64,000 nt of DNA from a bacterium (GTDB taxonomy: Bacteria; Patescibacteriota; Minisyncoccia; Phycocordibacterales; UBA9973): assembly GCA_021824345.1 (NCBI GenBank), contig JAKAKW010000004.1, forward strand, positions 11,019 through 75,018, given 5' to 3'. The stretch's first letter is position 1. Each line of letters starts with the position of its first letter. The translations under genes were made by a program, and so were the position numbers. Positions 48,865 through 59,366 of the stretch are shown in pieces. Below the pieces are notes generated by a model. It was not told the DNA's origin and ran no database searches. It saw only the letters and a list, made by a program, of their open reading frames with translations.

Positions 48865-50670
48865 TCATTTCTCCCTGTTTGCCCGCACTCGGTCAAGCTC
48901 AGTCAGGTATTTTTTGCGCAAACGCACCGAATGAGGGGTAATTTCCAGATATTCATCCTCGTTCATTACCTCCAAACCCCTTTCTATATTCAACACAAAA
49001 ACGGGATTCAGATATATGGCCTCGTCGCTCCCGGAGGCGCGCATGTTTGAAAGCTGCTTGCCTTTGGTGGGGTTTACTGCCATTTCATCCCCCTTTAAAA
49101 CATTGCCGACGACCATTCCTTCGTAAACTTCCGTACCGTGACCTATGTATAATATACCACGTTCTTGTAAATTTGCAAGAGCAAAAGCCACCGCCTTGCC
49201 GCTGGTCATTGAAGCCATGGATCCATACTCCTTTCTCTTTACCTCCCCGGCGTATTCTCTGAACCCTATAAAGCGGGAGGAAAGGATCCCTTCGCCTTTG
49301 GTATCAACGATAAATTCGTTTCTGTAGCCCAAAAGGCCGCGGGTCGGAATCTCAAAAACGATCCGCGCGGTATTTTCTTTCTGGGACATATCTTTCATAA
49401 TTCCTCGGCGTTTCCCCAGCTTTTCTATCACCGTTCCTGAATACTCGTTGGGCACATCAATGATTGTTTCCTCATAAGGCTCCTTTTTAACGCCTGCCTC
49501 TTCTTTGATTATCACCTCCGGCTGAGATACTTGCATTTCGAATCCTTCCCGGCGCATGTTTTCCAAAAGCACCGCCAGGTGCAGTTCGCCCCGGCCGTAT
49601 ATTTTGAAAAAGGACGGGCCGGAATGCGTTCCTTGTTCCGGAGAAAAATCCACTTTCAGCCCGACGTTCACCTCCAGCTCCTTTTCCAACCGCTCTTTCA
49701 GCTGGCGGGAAGTGACAAACTTTCCTTCCCTGCCGGCGAAGGGTGAATCGTTCACCAACAGATTCAGCGACATGGTCGGCTCGTCTATGGCGATGGCCGG
49801 CATGGCGAGGACTGATTCGTCTTCACATACCGTTTCTCCGATAAAAATATCCGGAATGCCGGCTATCATGACTATGTCCCCGGATTCGGCGGAGGGAACC
49901 TCCTTTCGGCTCACTCCCTCAAAACTGAACAATTTTGTAATCTTTCCCTTTCTGGATCCTTTTTCATTTTTTATATAAACTTGAGAACCGGACAGAATTT
50001 TCCCGGAATATATCCGGACTATCGCCATGCGTCCGAGAAAGTTATCATATGCCAAATTAAAAACCTGGGCGGACATTTTTTCATCCTCCCTCCCGGAAGC
50101 AGGCGGAACTTTTTTCAGTATTGAATCCAAGAGAGGAGAAAGATCCGTTGAGGCATCTTCCAGCTTCCGCTTGGCAATGCCGTCCCTCCCGACGGCATAA
50201 ACCGTTTCAAAATCAGCCTGCTCGTCAGTGGCGCCAAGCTCCAAAAACAGTTCGAAAATCTCTTCGTGCACTCTGGCCGGGTCCGCCGCGGGCTTGTCTA
50301 TTTTATTTATTACGACTATCGGCTTAATGCCCAGCTCCAGAGATTTCTTAAGCACGAAACGGGTTTGAGGCATGGGGCCCTCCGCCGCATCCACCAAAAG
50401 GAGAACAGAGTCTATTGCTCGCAGCACTCGTTCCACCTCCGAGCCGAAATCCGCGTGCCCCGGGGTATCTACTATGTTTATCTTGGTGCCTTTGTAATAT
50501 ATTGAAGTGTTTTTGGAATAAATGGTGATGCCGCGTTCCTTTTCCAAAGCATTTGTGTCCATGGTAAAACCCTCTTCTTCGGTTGCGCCGTTTTGGCGCA
50601 TTAAAGCGTCGGTCAAGGTTGTCTTGCCGTGATCCACGTGCGCAATTATTGCGATGTTTCTGATTTCCAT
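48865..50670 (-). CDS. typA: Translational GTPase TypA/BipA
   Basis: [40 protein letters not shown]. Confidence 0.97.
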   Translation of the reverse strand: MEIRNIAIIAHVDHGKTTLTDALMRQNGATEEEGFTMDTNALEKERGITIYSKNTSIYYKGTKINIVDTPGHADFGSEVERVLRAIDSVLLLVDAAEGPMPQTRFVLKKSLELGIKPIVVINKIDKPAADPARVHEEIFELFLELGATDEQADFETVYAVGRDGIAKRKLEDASTDLSPLLDSILKKVPPASGREDEKMSAQVFNLAYDNFLGRMAIVRIYSGKILSGSQVYIKNEKGSRKGKITKLFSFEGVSRKEVPSAESGDIVMIAGIPDIFIGETVCEDESVLAMPAIAIDEPTMSLNLLVNDSPFAGREGKFVTSRQLKERLEKELEVNVGLKVDFSPEQGTHSGPSFFKIYGRGELHLAVLLENMRREGFEMQVSQPEVIIKEEAGVKKEPYEETIIDVPNEYSGTVIEKLGKRRGIMKDMSQKENTARIVFEIPTRGLLGYRNEFIVDTKGEGILSSRFIGFREYAGEVKRKEYGSMASMTSGKAVAFALANLQERGILYIGHGTEVYEGMVVGNVLKGDEMAVNPTKGKQLSNMRASGSDEAIYLNPVFVLNIERGLEVMNEDEYLEITPHSVRLRKKYLTELDRVRANREK

Positions 50671-50741
50671 GCTTGCTAAATAGAAAAAGCCTTCCGGCTT
50701 TTTCTCATAATAACACAATTGAAGAAAAAATAATAGCTTTG

Positions 50742-50813
50742 TGACTCCGGCAGGAATCGGACCTGCATCATAAGTTCCGGAAACTTACGTTCTATCCATT
50801 GAACTACGGAGCC
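50742..50813 (-). tRNA. tRNA-Arg(CCG)
   Basis: Acceptor ggctccg/cggagtc; anticodon arm taagt-ttCCGga-actta. Confidence 0.9.
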
Positions 50814-50823
50814 GGGATGCTTG

Positions 50824-50907
50824 TGCGCCGGGTAGGATTCGAACCTACGTAGCCCGAAGGGCGATTGATTTACAGTCAATTGCAATTGACCACTCTGCCA
50901 CCGACGC
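50824..50907 (-). tRNA. tRNA-Tyr(GTA)
   Basis: attga-ctGTAaa-tcaat, long variable arm, GTTCGAATC. Confidence 0.93.
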
Positions 50908-50968
50908 ATTATCCGCCGTTTTAAAGGACGGATATAAAATACCACAAAAAATGTTTTCTAACAATCCA

Positions 50969-53668
50969 CTAAGGAATTGATTTTATCGGAATGGCGCTTT
51001 TGGTGCGCCCGTGTTTCGCTTCAATTGAGAGCTCCCCTCCGCGTACGTGCACGAATATAGTATCACCGCTTGCTACTCCGTTTGAAATGATATAGGAAGC
51101 CACCGGGTTCAGAATCTTGTTCTGAATCAGGCGGTTCAACGGCCTGGCCCCGTAATGAGGATCGTATCCTTCCTTGGCCAGAAGCGACAGCGCTTCTTCT
51201 GAAATCTTCAGACCGATGCCTTTCTGCCCCAGCCGGTCTCCCACCACCTTGATGCGCAAGCCGACGATTTCCTTGATTGATTTTTCCGACAAGAGGTCAA
51301 AGACAATGGTCTCGTCTATGCGGTTCAAAAACTCCGGGCGGAAATGGTCTTTAAGCGTTTCTAAAATTTTGTCTTTCATCTGATTGTAGTCCTGCTCCGC
51401 TTTGTTGTTGGAAAAACCGATGGACTCCATCCTTTCCACGAAGTGAGAACCTATATTGGAGGTCAGAATGATAATGGCATTCTTGAAGTTCACCATCCTC
51501 CCTTTGCCGTCCGTCAAACGGCCTTCGTCTATCACCTGAAGGAGCATATTAAAAACTTCCGGATGGGCTTTTTCAATTTCGTCAAAAAGCACCACGGCAT
51601 ACGGGCGATGGCGGATTGCTTCGGTCAGCTGGCCGGATTCTTCGTAACCCACGTATCCGGGAGGAGAACCGATTAGTTTGGAAACGGAATGGCGTTCCAT
51701 GTACTCGGACATGTCCACCCGAATCAGGGCGCTTTCGTCGTTAAACATGAATTGAGCCAGCGCTTTGGTAAGCTCTGTCTTGCCAACTCCCGTCGGACCC
51801 AAGAAGATGAAGGAGCCGATGGGCCTGTTCGGATCCGAAATGCCGGCCCTGGAACGCCGGATTACATCCGAGATCCGCTTAATGGCGTTGTCCTGTCCGA
51901 CAACTCTCTTTCCGAGCTCATCTTCCATGTGCTCGAGCTTGGCTCTGTCTTCTTCAAGCATCTTGGTTAGAGGAATTCCGGTCCAGCGCGAAACCACTTC
52001 CGCCACATCTTCGGAATTCACTTCTTCCTTCAGCACTCGGTGGGATTTCTGAAGTTTCTTTAATCGAGAAAGCTTGATGTCGAGCTCCTTCTTCAAGGAA
52101 GGTATCTTTCCATAGCGTATTTCCGCCGCTTTGGACAGATCTGAACGCATCTCCGCGTTTTCCGCCTCAAGGCGCATGGATTCCAGCTCTTTCTTTATGG
52201 AACGTATTTCCATCACTATTCCCTTTTCGTTTTGCCACTTCAGCTCAAGCTCTTTCGTCTTTTCCCGCAGATCGGCAATTTCTTTGTCGATATTTTTCAC
52301 TCTTTCCTTAATTACCTTTTGTTTGTGCTTTTCCTCCGCGGTCAAGATTCCGCTAAAAGCGGAAATTTCATTTTTTAACGCTTCCTTTTCCACTTCAAGC
52401 CGCATGATCTTCCGGTGGGTTTCTTCCAAAACCGGCGGCTTGTTTTCAAGAGCAATTTTCAGAGAAGAAGAAGCTTCGTCAATAAGGTCCACCGCTTTAT
52501 CCGGCAAAAACCTGTTGGTAATATAGCGGGTGGAAAGATTCACCGCCGCCACAATAGCATCGTCCGTAATGCGTACGCCATGGAAAAGCTCGTACTTTTC
52601 CTTTAATCCGCGCAAAATGGTAATCGTATCTTCAATGTTCGGCTCATCTATGTAAACGGGCTGAAAACGCCTGGCCAAAGCGGGGTCCTTTTCAATGTAT
52701 TTCTGATATTCGCGCAAAGTGGTGGCGCCAATGGCCCGCAGTTCCCCCCGGGAAAGAGCAGGCTTTAACATATTGGAAGCATCCATGGTGCCTTCGGTCC
52801 CTCCGGCTCCCACTATCGTATGTATTTCGTCGATAAAAAGAATGACTTTCCCTTCGGCGCGCTCTATTTCCTTCATGATACCTTTCAGTCTCTCTTCAAA
52901 TTCTCCGCGGTATTTTGTGCCGGCGATAAGAAGCCCGAGGTCAAGGGATACTATCTCCTTGTCTTTCAAAGATTCGCTTACATTGCTTTTGACGATGCGC
53001 TCTGCCAGGCCTTCCACTACCGCCGTCTTGCCGGTACCCGCTTCTCCTATCAGAATCGGATTATTTTTTGTGCGCCGGGAAAGAATCTGCATTATGCGGG
53101 TAATTTCATTGTCCCGCCCGATTACCGGGTCAAGCTTGTCCTCCTTGGCAAGCTTGGTCAAGTTGCGAGTATATTTTTGGAGGAGGCGGAATTTTTTCGG
53201 TTCGCTCACATCGGTAATATTTTGATTGCGCAGCTCTTCCAGCACTTTCATCACCGCATCCTTTTGGATTCGATACCTTGAAAGAACTTCCCTCGCTTCG
53301 CTTGGAACTTCCAACATGGCTATGAACAAATGTTCGGTAGACACAAAGTCATCCTTCATGAATTCGGCCAGTTTTACCGAGTGCTCAATGACCTGGGCCA
53401 AATCGGGATTCAGATATATCTGGTAAGAGGGAGTGAGAGTGCTGTGGGCCTCCGGCAACTCTATGGCCTCCAATATGGAGTCTGACAGCAACACCGTGTC
53501 CACTTCCAACTTGTCCAGGATGGAATTCACCATGCTTTCTTCCTGCAAAAGCAGAGCGGCAAGAAGATGCGCCGAAGAAACGTGGTTTTGTCCGCGCTCT
53601 ATGGCCAGCTCGTGAGCTTTTTTGATGGCCTCCCTTGATTTGGCTGTAAATTTGTGAAGTGGTGGCAT
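50969..53668 (-). CDS. clpB: ATP-dependent chaperone ClpB
   Basis: Two AAA modules ([16 protein letters not shown]) and long coiled-coil M domain. Confidence 0.93.
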   Translation of the reverse strand: MPPLHKFTAKSREAIKKAHELAIERGQNHVSSAHLLAALLLQEESMVNSILDKLEVDTVLLSDSILEAIELPEAHSTLTPSYQIYLNPDLAQVIEHSVKLAEFMKDDFVSTEHLFIAMLEVPSEAREVLSRYRIQKDAVMKVLEELRNQNITDVSEPKKFRLLQKYTRNLTKLAKEDKLDPVIGRDNEITRIMQILSRRTKNNPILIGEAGTGKTAVVEGLAERIVKSNVSESLKDKEIVSLDLGLLIAGTKYRGEFEERLKGIMKEIERAEGKVILFIDEIHTIVGAGGTEGTMDASNMLKPALSRGELRAIGATTLREYQKYIEKDPALARRFQPVYIDEPNIEDTITILRGLKEKYELFHGVRITDDAIVAAVNLSTRYITNRFLPDKAVDLIDEASSSLKIALENKPPVLEETHRKIMRLEVEKEALKNEISAFSGILTAEEKHKQKVIKERVKNIDKEIADLREKTKELELKWQNEKGIVMEIRSIKKELESMRLEAENAEMRSDLSKAAEIRYGKIPSLKKELDIKLSRLKKLQKSHRVLKEEVNSEDVAEVVSRWTGIPLTKMLEEDRAKLEHMEDELGKRVVGQDNAIKRISDVIRRSRAGISDPNRPIGSFIFLGPTGVGKTELTKALAQFMFNDESALIRVDMSEYMERHSVSKLIGSPPGYVGYEESGQLTEAIRHRPYAVVLFDEIEKAHPEVFNMLLQVIDEGRLTDGKGRMVNFKNAIIILTSNIGSHFVERMESIGFSNNKAEQDYNQMKDKILETLKDHFRPEFLNRIDETIVFDLLSEKSIKEIVGLRIKVVGDRLGQKGIGLKISEEALSLLAKEGYDPHYGARPLNRLIQNKILNPVASYIISNGVASGDTIFVHVRGGELSIEAKHGRTKSAIPIKSIP

Positions 53669-53689
53669 AAATTTGTATAAATTAAATTG

Positions 53690-54457
53690 TTATATGTTTT
53701 GTATCGAATTAAGGACGCTATTCACCGCCGAAAGAGGAACAAATCCGGCCCCGGGAAAAGCAAAACCGATAACTTCCCCGTTTAAATCCAAGACTATCGA
53801 ATCCCCGAAGCTTCCCGCTTGTCCGAAACCGTCGGCGCCCATATCCAGGCTGGGGCTTCCGTTATATATGAAAGAAGAAATATTATCCCCCAAAAGCACT
53901 ATTTTTTGTCCGGCTTTCAAGCTGCTCAAATCAGCTTGTTTCATCTTTGGAAAAGAAAGCTTGTCCGTTCCATTTACCGGCGCCCCTATTTTCAAAAGAG
54001 AAAATTTGTTCTGGCCGCTGGGAATGAAACTTGCCGTAAATTTTCCGCTCTGGTTTTCCACGAAATATGTTCCGTCACTGGGCACCTCTGAAGCGTTTGC
54101 CGCTATTATTCCCTTGTCCGACACTGCGAATCCGTCTCCGAGTCTCGTTTCAATAATTTTTCCGTCAGCGCCGGACGTTCCCATGCTGATGGAAAACATT
54201 TCCGGCTTGTTGTCCGCCACGGCGCTTACCACCAAGTCTTCCTCCTTTACCACTACGGTATTGACCACCGGCTTCCCGTCCTGCGGCACTATTTTGTCCA
54301 CCGTCTCTCTCACTACCCGGTTTATGGGAACCGTAACCGACTGCGGGGCCTGCTGCATCAGAGTGACGGTGGTAATACCCGTGGCCAGCGAGGTCACAAA
54401 CGACAGAAGAAGCGCCAGGAGTATCAGCTGGGATCTGCTTAAATCTTTTATGTCCAT
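53690..54457 (-). CDS. Membrane-anchored trypsin/HtrA-like protein, probably catalytically degenerate
   Basis: N-terminal TM; GDGFAVSDKGIIAAN and LDLNGEVIG resemble the HtrA fold; no His or GNSGG motif. Confidence 0.55.
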   Translation of the reverse strand: MDIKDLSRSQLILLALLLSFVTSLATGITTVTLMQQAPQSVTVPINRVVRETVDKIVPQDGKPVVNTVVVKEEDLVVSAVADNKPEMFSISMGTSGADGKIIETRLGDGFAVSDKGIIAANASEVPSDGTYFVENQSGKFTASFIPSGQNKFSLLKIGAPVNGTDKLSFPKMKQADLSSLKAGQKIVLLGDNISSFIYNGSPSLDMGADGFGQAGSFGDSIVLDLNGEVIGFAFPGAGFVPLSAVNSVLNSIQNI

Positions 54458-54462
54458 TGGGG

Positions 54463-55665
54463 TCAATTATACCACTTTTTCAGTTTTTTCAAAACTTCTG
54501 AAACCGCTTTAAAGGCATAATCAACTTCTCCTTTTTTTACTCCGGGTCCGAAGGAAAAACGCAGGGATCCCATATTGGCCGCACCGGCAGTATGAGCGGA
54601 GGGTAACCCTCCGCCTCTTTTAACGAGCGGAGGGTTACCCTCCGCTTTGCGTATCGCCCGGATCACGTGCGACGCTTTTTTATCGCCCGATTTGCAAGCG
54701 CTCTTCTCCGAAACCATTACTCCGCGTTCGGATAGCTCTATCACCATAAGATCGCTCGGCATATTCGGAAAAGTGACATTTAAATTGTTCGGCAATCTGT
54801 TTTCAATGCTTCCGTTCACTATTACGTCCTTTCCGAGAATATCTTTCGCGGATTTGGCGATTCCGCGCAGAAAATAATCGCGAAGGCCTGCGATCCGCTT
54901 CGCCTCTTTTTTCGATCTGCCTCGCGCGGACTCAAGAGCCTTCGCAAACTTTGATATTTCAAAAAGGTTCTCCGTTCCCGGACGCAAGCCGTGCTCTTGC
55001 CCGCCCCCGCCAAAAACCGGAGAAAGAGGCGTTGATTTTCTCTTAAAAAGAACTCCAATTCGCCCGGCTCCGGAAATCTTTGCTCCGGAAACGGTCATCA
55101 TGTCCACGCCGAGGCGTTCCACATTCAAATCCAAATAGTTTGCAGCCTGCACTGCATCCGTATGAAAATACGGAAGAAGGCTTTTTTCACGCTTGCGCCA
55201 ATGCCTTATTTCCTTGGCGATTTCCCGGATAGGCTCCACTGTGCCTATTTCATTGTTTGCATACATGACTGAGACGAGAACGGTGTTTTTTTTGATCGCT
55301 TTCTTCACTTTTTTCGGATCTATCCTTCCATCCGCCTCCGCCGGAACGACTGAAACCTCCGCTAACTTTCTTTTCTTCAACATATCGGCGGTCTCAAGCA
55401 CGGAAGGATGCTCAATATTCGTGGTAACGATATGCGGCATCTTTTTGGAAAAAGCCAATACTGCCCCCTGTACCGCCAGATTATTGCTTTCGGTTCCTCC
55501 GCTCGTGAATATTATTTCTTCCTCCCTCGCCCCCAAAATACCCGCCGTAATTTTCCTGGCTTTCTTCAGTTTCTTCTTCGCTTCACTGCCGGCCTCATGA
55601 ATGGAACTCGGATTCGGTTCGGCGGAGGAAGCGTAATCCATATATATTTTCCTTGATTTGGGCAT
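54463..55665 (-). CDS. iscS: Cysteine desulfurase (IscS/NifS family) with in-frame palindromic insertion
   Basis: IYMDYA, FTSGGTESNN, HTDAVQ, GGGQE.GLRPGTEN, SAC, LRFSFG. Confidence 0.9.
   Translation of the reverse strand: MPKSRKIYMDYASSAEPNPSSIHEAGSEAKKKLKKARKITAGILGAREEEIIFTSGGTESNNLAVQGAVLAFSKKMPHIVTTNIEHPSVLETADMLKKRKLAEVSVVPAEADGRIDPKKVKKAIKKNTVLVSVMYANNEIGTVEPIREIAKEIRHWRKREKSLLPYFHTDAVQAANYLDLNVERLGVDMMTVSGAKISGAGRIGVLFKRKSTPLSPVFGGGGQEHGLRPGTENLFEISKFAKALESARGRSKKEAKRIAGLRDYFLRGIAKSAKDILGKDVIVNGSIENRLPNNLNVTFPNMPSDLMVIELSERGVMVSEKSACKSGDKKASHVIRAIRKAEGNPPLVKRGGGLPSAHTAGAANMGSLRFSFGPGVKKGEVDYAFKAVSEVLKKLKKWYN
54596..54645. repeat. Inverted doublet of family A palindrome inside cysteine desulfurase
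   Basis: gcggagggtaaccctccgc (54596-54614) and its reverse complement (54627-54645). Confidence 0.9.
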
Positions 55666-55689
55666 GGAAATAGTATATATTGAACCAGC

Positions 55690-56145
55690 ATGAATACAAA
55701 ACTCCAAATCGTTCTTTTCGCCGTTCTTGCCCTGATAATTCTTCTGGAGACCGGCTGGATGATAAAGACGGAAAAGCGCCTGAAGCGGATTTTCCTTGGA
55801 AAGAAAGGAAAAGATTTAGAAGAATCGATTGAAGACATGCAAAGAAAGATTTCCGTTCTTGAAGAAGCGAAGAAAAATCTAGAAAAAGAAACCGGGACGA
55901 TCAACGCGAAGTTGAAGAAAAGCATCCGAGGGCTAGAGACCGTGCGCTTCACTCCTTTTCGGGGCGAAGGCGGCAATCAAAGTTTTGCCATCGGCATGTT
56001 GGACGAAGAAGGAGACGGAGTGGTTATTTCCAGCCTGTATTCCCGCGAACGTATGAGCGTGTTCGCCAAGCCCGTAAAAAAGGGGCGCGCGGAATATGAA
56101 TTGACAGCGGAAGAAAAAGAAGCGCTGGAAAAAGCGAAAGTGTAG
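55690..56145 (+). CDS. DUF4446-like membrane-anchored protein
   Basis: TM plus coiled coil; VRFTPF..GGNQSFAI..LD..G.GVVISSLYSRE..AKP. Confidence 0.75.
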   Translation: MNTKLQIVLFAVLALIILLETGWMIKTEKRLKRIFLGKKGKDLEESIEDMQRKISVLEEAKKNLEKETGTINAKLKKSIRGLETVRFTPFRGEGGNQSFAIGMLDEEGDGVVISSLYSRERMSVFAKPVKKGRAEYELTAEEKEALEKAKV

Positions 56146-56229
56146 CGAACCCCGGGGGCTCCGTACCCGGAAAAGATTATACCAAAGGGAGCGTCCCGTA
56201 TTTTTTTGTTAAGAGCTTCAAAGAAAGCC

Positions 56230-57768
56230 ATGGAAAAGAAAAGCGACAATTTAATAGAGCGTCCGCCGGTTGTGGCCGTGATGGGACACATTGACCACGG
56301 CAAAAGCACCCTGCTTGACTATATAAGGAAAACGAATGTGGTGGAAAAAGAAGCGGGCGGCATAACTCAGGCTATTTCCGCATACGAGGTAATGCACAAG
56401 GATGAAGAAGGCAAGGACAGGAAAATAACTTTTCTGGATACTCCCGGCCATGCGTCCTTTTCAAAGATGCGCGAACGCGGCGCCCAGGTGGCGGATATAG
56501 CCATTCTTATTGTCTCGGCCGAGGACGGAGTGAAGCCCCAGACCATAGAGGCAAAGAATACCATTGAGGAAAGCGGAACCCCCTACCTTGTGGTCATCAA
56601 TAAAATAGACAAGCCGGGCGCCAACATAGAAAAAACCAAACAAGAGCTTGCGGAAAACGAAGTATATCTTGAAAACTATGGCGGAAAGATTCCTTGCGCC
56701 GAAATCTCCGCAAAAACGGGCGAAGGAGTGGACAATCTTCTTTCCCTTATCAACATTATGGCTTTGATGGAAAATTTTACCGGCGATCCCGGGAAGGAAG
56801 CTGCCGGATTCGTGATAGAAGCGAATTTGGATCCGAGACGAGGAATAGAAGCCACCCTGATCATTAAGGACGGCACTTTAAGGAAAGGAATGTGCGCTGC
56901 TTGCGGAGAAAGCGTGGGATCTACCAATATCATGGAAAATTTCCTGGGGAAATCTGTAAGCGAAGCGAGCTTCTCTTCCCCTGTCCGCCTTGTGGGTTGG
57001 AGCAAACTGCCGGCGGTTGGATCCCAATTCAAATCCTTCTCCAGCAAGCGGGAAGCGGAAAAATGCGCCACGGAGGAAAAAAGCAAGATGGACGAGGCGA
57101 GAAAAAAAGAAAACGGCCTGGCCGCTTCTTCTGAAACGGAAGAAGGCGCGGACGCGTCGAATAAAAAAATCATTCCAATCGTCTTAAAAGCCGATACGCT
57201 CGGAAGCATAGAAGCGATAGAGAAAGAAATCGCCGGCATCAAGCGGGACGGCGCAGAGTTTAGAATAGTGCAAAAAGGAGTGGGGCCGATATCCGAATTC
57301 GATATCAAAACGGTATCATTTCCGGAAAATACTTTAGTGGTCGGATTCAATGTAAAAACGGACAAAAGCGCCATGGAGATATCCCAGCAAAAAGGAATAA
57401 AAATTTCCCTTTTTGACATAATTTACAAGCTTACCGAATGGCTGGAAACGGAAATTAGCGAGAGAGAACCCAAAAAAGACGCGGAAGAAATACTCGGCAG
57501 GGCTAAGGTGCTGAAAATTTTCAGCCGGACCAAAGAAAAGCAAGTGCTGGGCGGCAAGGTATTGGAAGGAAAAATTTCCGCGAACGGCGCGATTCGGATC
57601 ATGCGCCGAGATTTTGAAATCGGACGGGGAAGAGTGGCCAACCTGGAGAAAAACAGGGCAAAAACGGGCGAGGTGGAGGAAGGAGCGGAATTCGGAATGA
57701 TGCTCGATTCAAAAACGGAAATCGCTTCGGGAGATATTTTGGAATTTTTCTCCGTTAACGCCAGATAA
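56230..57768 (+). CDS. infB: Translation initiation factor IF-2 (short form)
   Basis: [33 protein letters not shown]. Confidence 0.96.
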   Translation: MEKKSDNLIERPPVVAVMGHIDHGKSTLLDYIRKTNVVEKEAGGITQAISAYEVMHKDEEGKDRKITFLDTPGHASFSKMRERGAQVADIAILIVSAEDGVKPQTIEAKNTIEESGTPYLVVINKIDKPGANIEKTKQELAENEVYLENYGGKIPCAEISAKTGEGVDNLLSLINIMALMENFTGDPGKEAAGFVIEANLDPRRGIEATLIIKDGTLRKGMCAACGESVGSTNIMENFLGKSVSEASFSSPVRLVGWSKLPAVGSQFKSFSSKREAEKCATEEKSKMDEARKKENGLAASSETEEGADASNKKIIPIVLKADTLGSIEAIEKEIAGIKRDGAEFRIVQKGVGPISEFDIKTVSFPENTLVVGFNVKTDKSAMEISQQKGIKISLFDIIYKLTEWLETEISEREPKKDAEEILGRAKVLKIFSRTKEKQVLGGKVLEGKISANGAIRIMRRDFEIGRGRVANLEKNRAKTGEVEEGAEFGMMLDSKTEIASGDILEFFSVNAR

Positions 57769-57775
57769 AAAATAC

Positions 57776-58099
57776 ATGCCAGGAAAAAGAAATGAAAAAA
57801 TGGCCAGTTTTGTAAAAAGCGCCGGCGCGGAGCTTTTGGAAACAGAAAGCAACGGCGAGGCTCTGATCACGGTAACCTCCTGCAACGTATCCCCCGACCT
57901 CAAAAACGCTACTCTGTACATAAGCGTACTGCCGGAGGAGAAGGAAAACGCCGCTCTCGGGTTTTGCAAGCGCCGGCGGGCGAAGCTGCGCCAGGCGCTG
58001 AAAAAGAATCTCCATACTAAAGTCGTCCCTTTCGTGGACATTGAGCTCGATATGGGAGAAAAAAACCGCAGGAGAATTGACGAACTCTTGCGGGATTAG
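57776..58099 (+). CDS. rbfA: Ribosome-binding factor A
   Basis: ITVT..VSPDLKNA, VP.. motif; follows infB. Confidence 0.85.
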   Translation: MPGKRNEKMASFVKSAGAELLETESNGEALITVTSCNVSPDLKNATLYISVLPEEKENAALGFCKRRRAKLRQALKKNLHTKVVPFVDIELDMGEKNRRRIDELLRD

Positions 58100-58152
58100 T
58101 TATTTTTACTTTTTTCTTGCAAGATAGGATTTTACCACTTATAATTTAATAT

Positions 58153-58893
58153 GTGGGAGTTAAATATAATGTAAATGAAAAGTTTTTTGAAAAATGGTCT
58201 TCAAGCATGGCTTATGTATTAGGGTATATATACGCTGACGGAACTTTGATAAATGCTCCTTATATGAGAGGAAAATATATAAGCCTAACAAGCAAAGATA
58301 AGGATTCTTTACTAAGAGTTAGGGGATGGCTGGACTCCGAGCATAGAATTGTAAAAAAAAGGACTTCCGGTTTCATAAAAATGAACGTTATATATTTACT
58401 GAGAATAGGAAGCCACAAAATATATGACGATTTGGTAAAACGAGGTCTATTTCAAAATAAATCCTTAACAGTAGGTTTTCCCAAGGTTCCCCAAAAATAT
58501 TTAGGGCATTTCGTAAGAGGATATTTTGACGGAGATGGGTGCATTAATTTTCAGAAAGGGATTGGCAGTAAGAATCAAGTAATTATAAAAAGGATTCGAA
58601 CTATATTTACATGCGGAAGTAAAAAATTTTTAACAGGATTAATGGAAAATCTTGAAGAAAATGGAGTTAAGAATGGAAAAATTTATTTCAGTCAGAGAGC
58701 TTATCAATTAAAGTACCCAAATGGCGATTCTATAAACCTTTTTAAGGTAATGTATGGAAATGCTGGCACAAATTCATTTTTTATGCGAAAATTCAGCATA
58801 TTCAAAGAATACTTTGAATTAAGACCGCAAAGGGTTGATTTAAAAATAAAAAAAATATTAAGTTATCATTCAAATGGCCACGTGGTGAAGTAG
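58153..58893 (+). CDS. Free-standing LAGLIDADG homing-endonuclease-like protein
   Basis: Two motifs AYVLGYIYADG and FVRGYFDGDG; AT-rich; stop codon inside tRNA-Cys. Confidence 0.85.
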   Translation: MGVKYNVNEKFFEKWSSSMAYVLGYIYADGTLINAPYMRGKYISLTSKDKDSLLRVRGWLDSEHRIVKKRTSGFIKMNVIYLLRIGSHKIYDDLVKRGLFQNKSLTVGFPKVPQKYLGHFVRGYFDGDGCINFQKGIGSKNQVIIKRIRTIFTCGSKKFLTGLMENLEENGVKNGKIYFSQRAYQLKYPNGDSINLFKVMYGNAGTNSFFMRKFSIFKEYFELRPQRVDLKIKKILSYHSNGHVVK

Positions 58894-58948
58894 CTAACAC
58901 AGCGGTCTGCAAAACCGTCATTCGCGGGTGCAAATCCCGCCGTGGCCT
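58876..58948 (+). tRNA. tRNA-Cys(GCA)
   Basis: ggccacg/cgtggcc acceptor; gcggt-ctGCAaa-accgt. Confidence 0.9.
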
Positions 58949-58973
58949 CATGTGCCCGGTAATTTGAAAATCC

Positions 58974-59057
58974 GCTCGAGTGCCGGAACTGGTATACGGA
59001 ATCGACTTAAAATCGATCGGGCGAAAGCCCTTGTGGGTTCGACTCCCACCTCGAGCA
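58974..59057 (+). tRNA. tRNA-Leu(TAA)
   Basis: atcga-ctTAAaa-tcgat, variable arm, GTTCGACTC. Confidence 0.93.
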
Positions 59058-59112
59058 CAGAAAGATTGTTGAAGCAATCTTTTAAAAATGATATAAATTG
59101 TCAGTGACATAT

Positions 59113-59185
59113 CCGCCCATAGCTCAGCTGGTAGAGCACTCGCCTCTTAAGCGATTGGTCCCAGGTTCGAACCCTGGTGGGCGGA
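59113..59185 (+). tRNA. tRNA-Lys(CTT)
   Basis: ccgccca/tgggcgg; tcgc-ctCTTaa-gcga; GTTCGAACC. Confidence 0.93.
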
Positions 59186-59215
59186 CAAGGAAAAGGTTAG
59201 ACAGGAAATATTCTT

Positions 59216-59297
59216 GCTGGGGTGGTGAAATTGGTAGACACGTCAGTTTTAGGAACTGATGCCGAAAGGCTTGGGAGTTCAAGTCTCCCCCCCAGCA
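59216..59297 (+). tRNA. tRNA-Leu(TAG)
   Basis: tcagt-ttTAGga-actga, variable arm, GTTCAAGTC. Confidence 0.93.
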
Positions 59298-59331
59298 CAA
59301 AATCGCCAAATATGAAAAAGTTCATCATGAC

Positions 59332-59360
59332 TTGACAATTTTGTTCAAAAGTGCTATACT
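59332..59360 (+). promoter_or_regulatory. Sigma70 promoter
   Basis: TTGACA-17-TATACT with TG extension, ATG 6 nt downstream. Confidence 0.7.
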
Positions 59361-59366
59361 GGCGCA

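Noticed and set aside
1129-57419. Long antisense/overlapping ORFs (e.g. 8629-9720, 20457-21308, 22984-23832, 37007-37990, 41533-42441, 53673-54512)
   Set aside because: Shadows of well-supported genes on the opposite strand, with no recognisable motifs.
41383-57768. Short AlaRS and IF-2 as pseudogenes
   Set aside because: Catalytic motifs are intact; compact forms are expected in reduced CPR genomes.
4540-58948. cysS, cysteine desulfurase and tRNA-Cys as a cysteine-supply module for the arrays
   Set aside because: Scattered over 54 kb in ordinary contexts; the desulfurase is more simply explained by mnmA; proximity is plausible by chance in a small genome.
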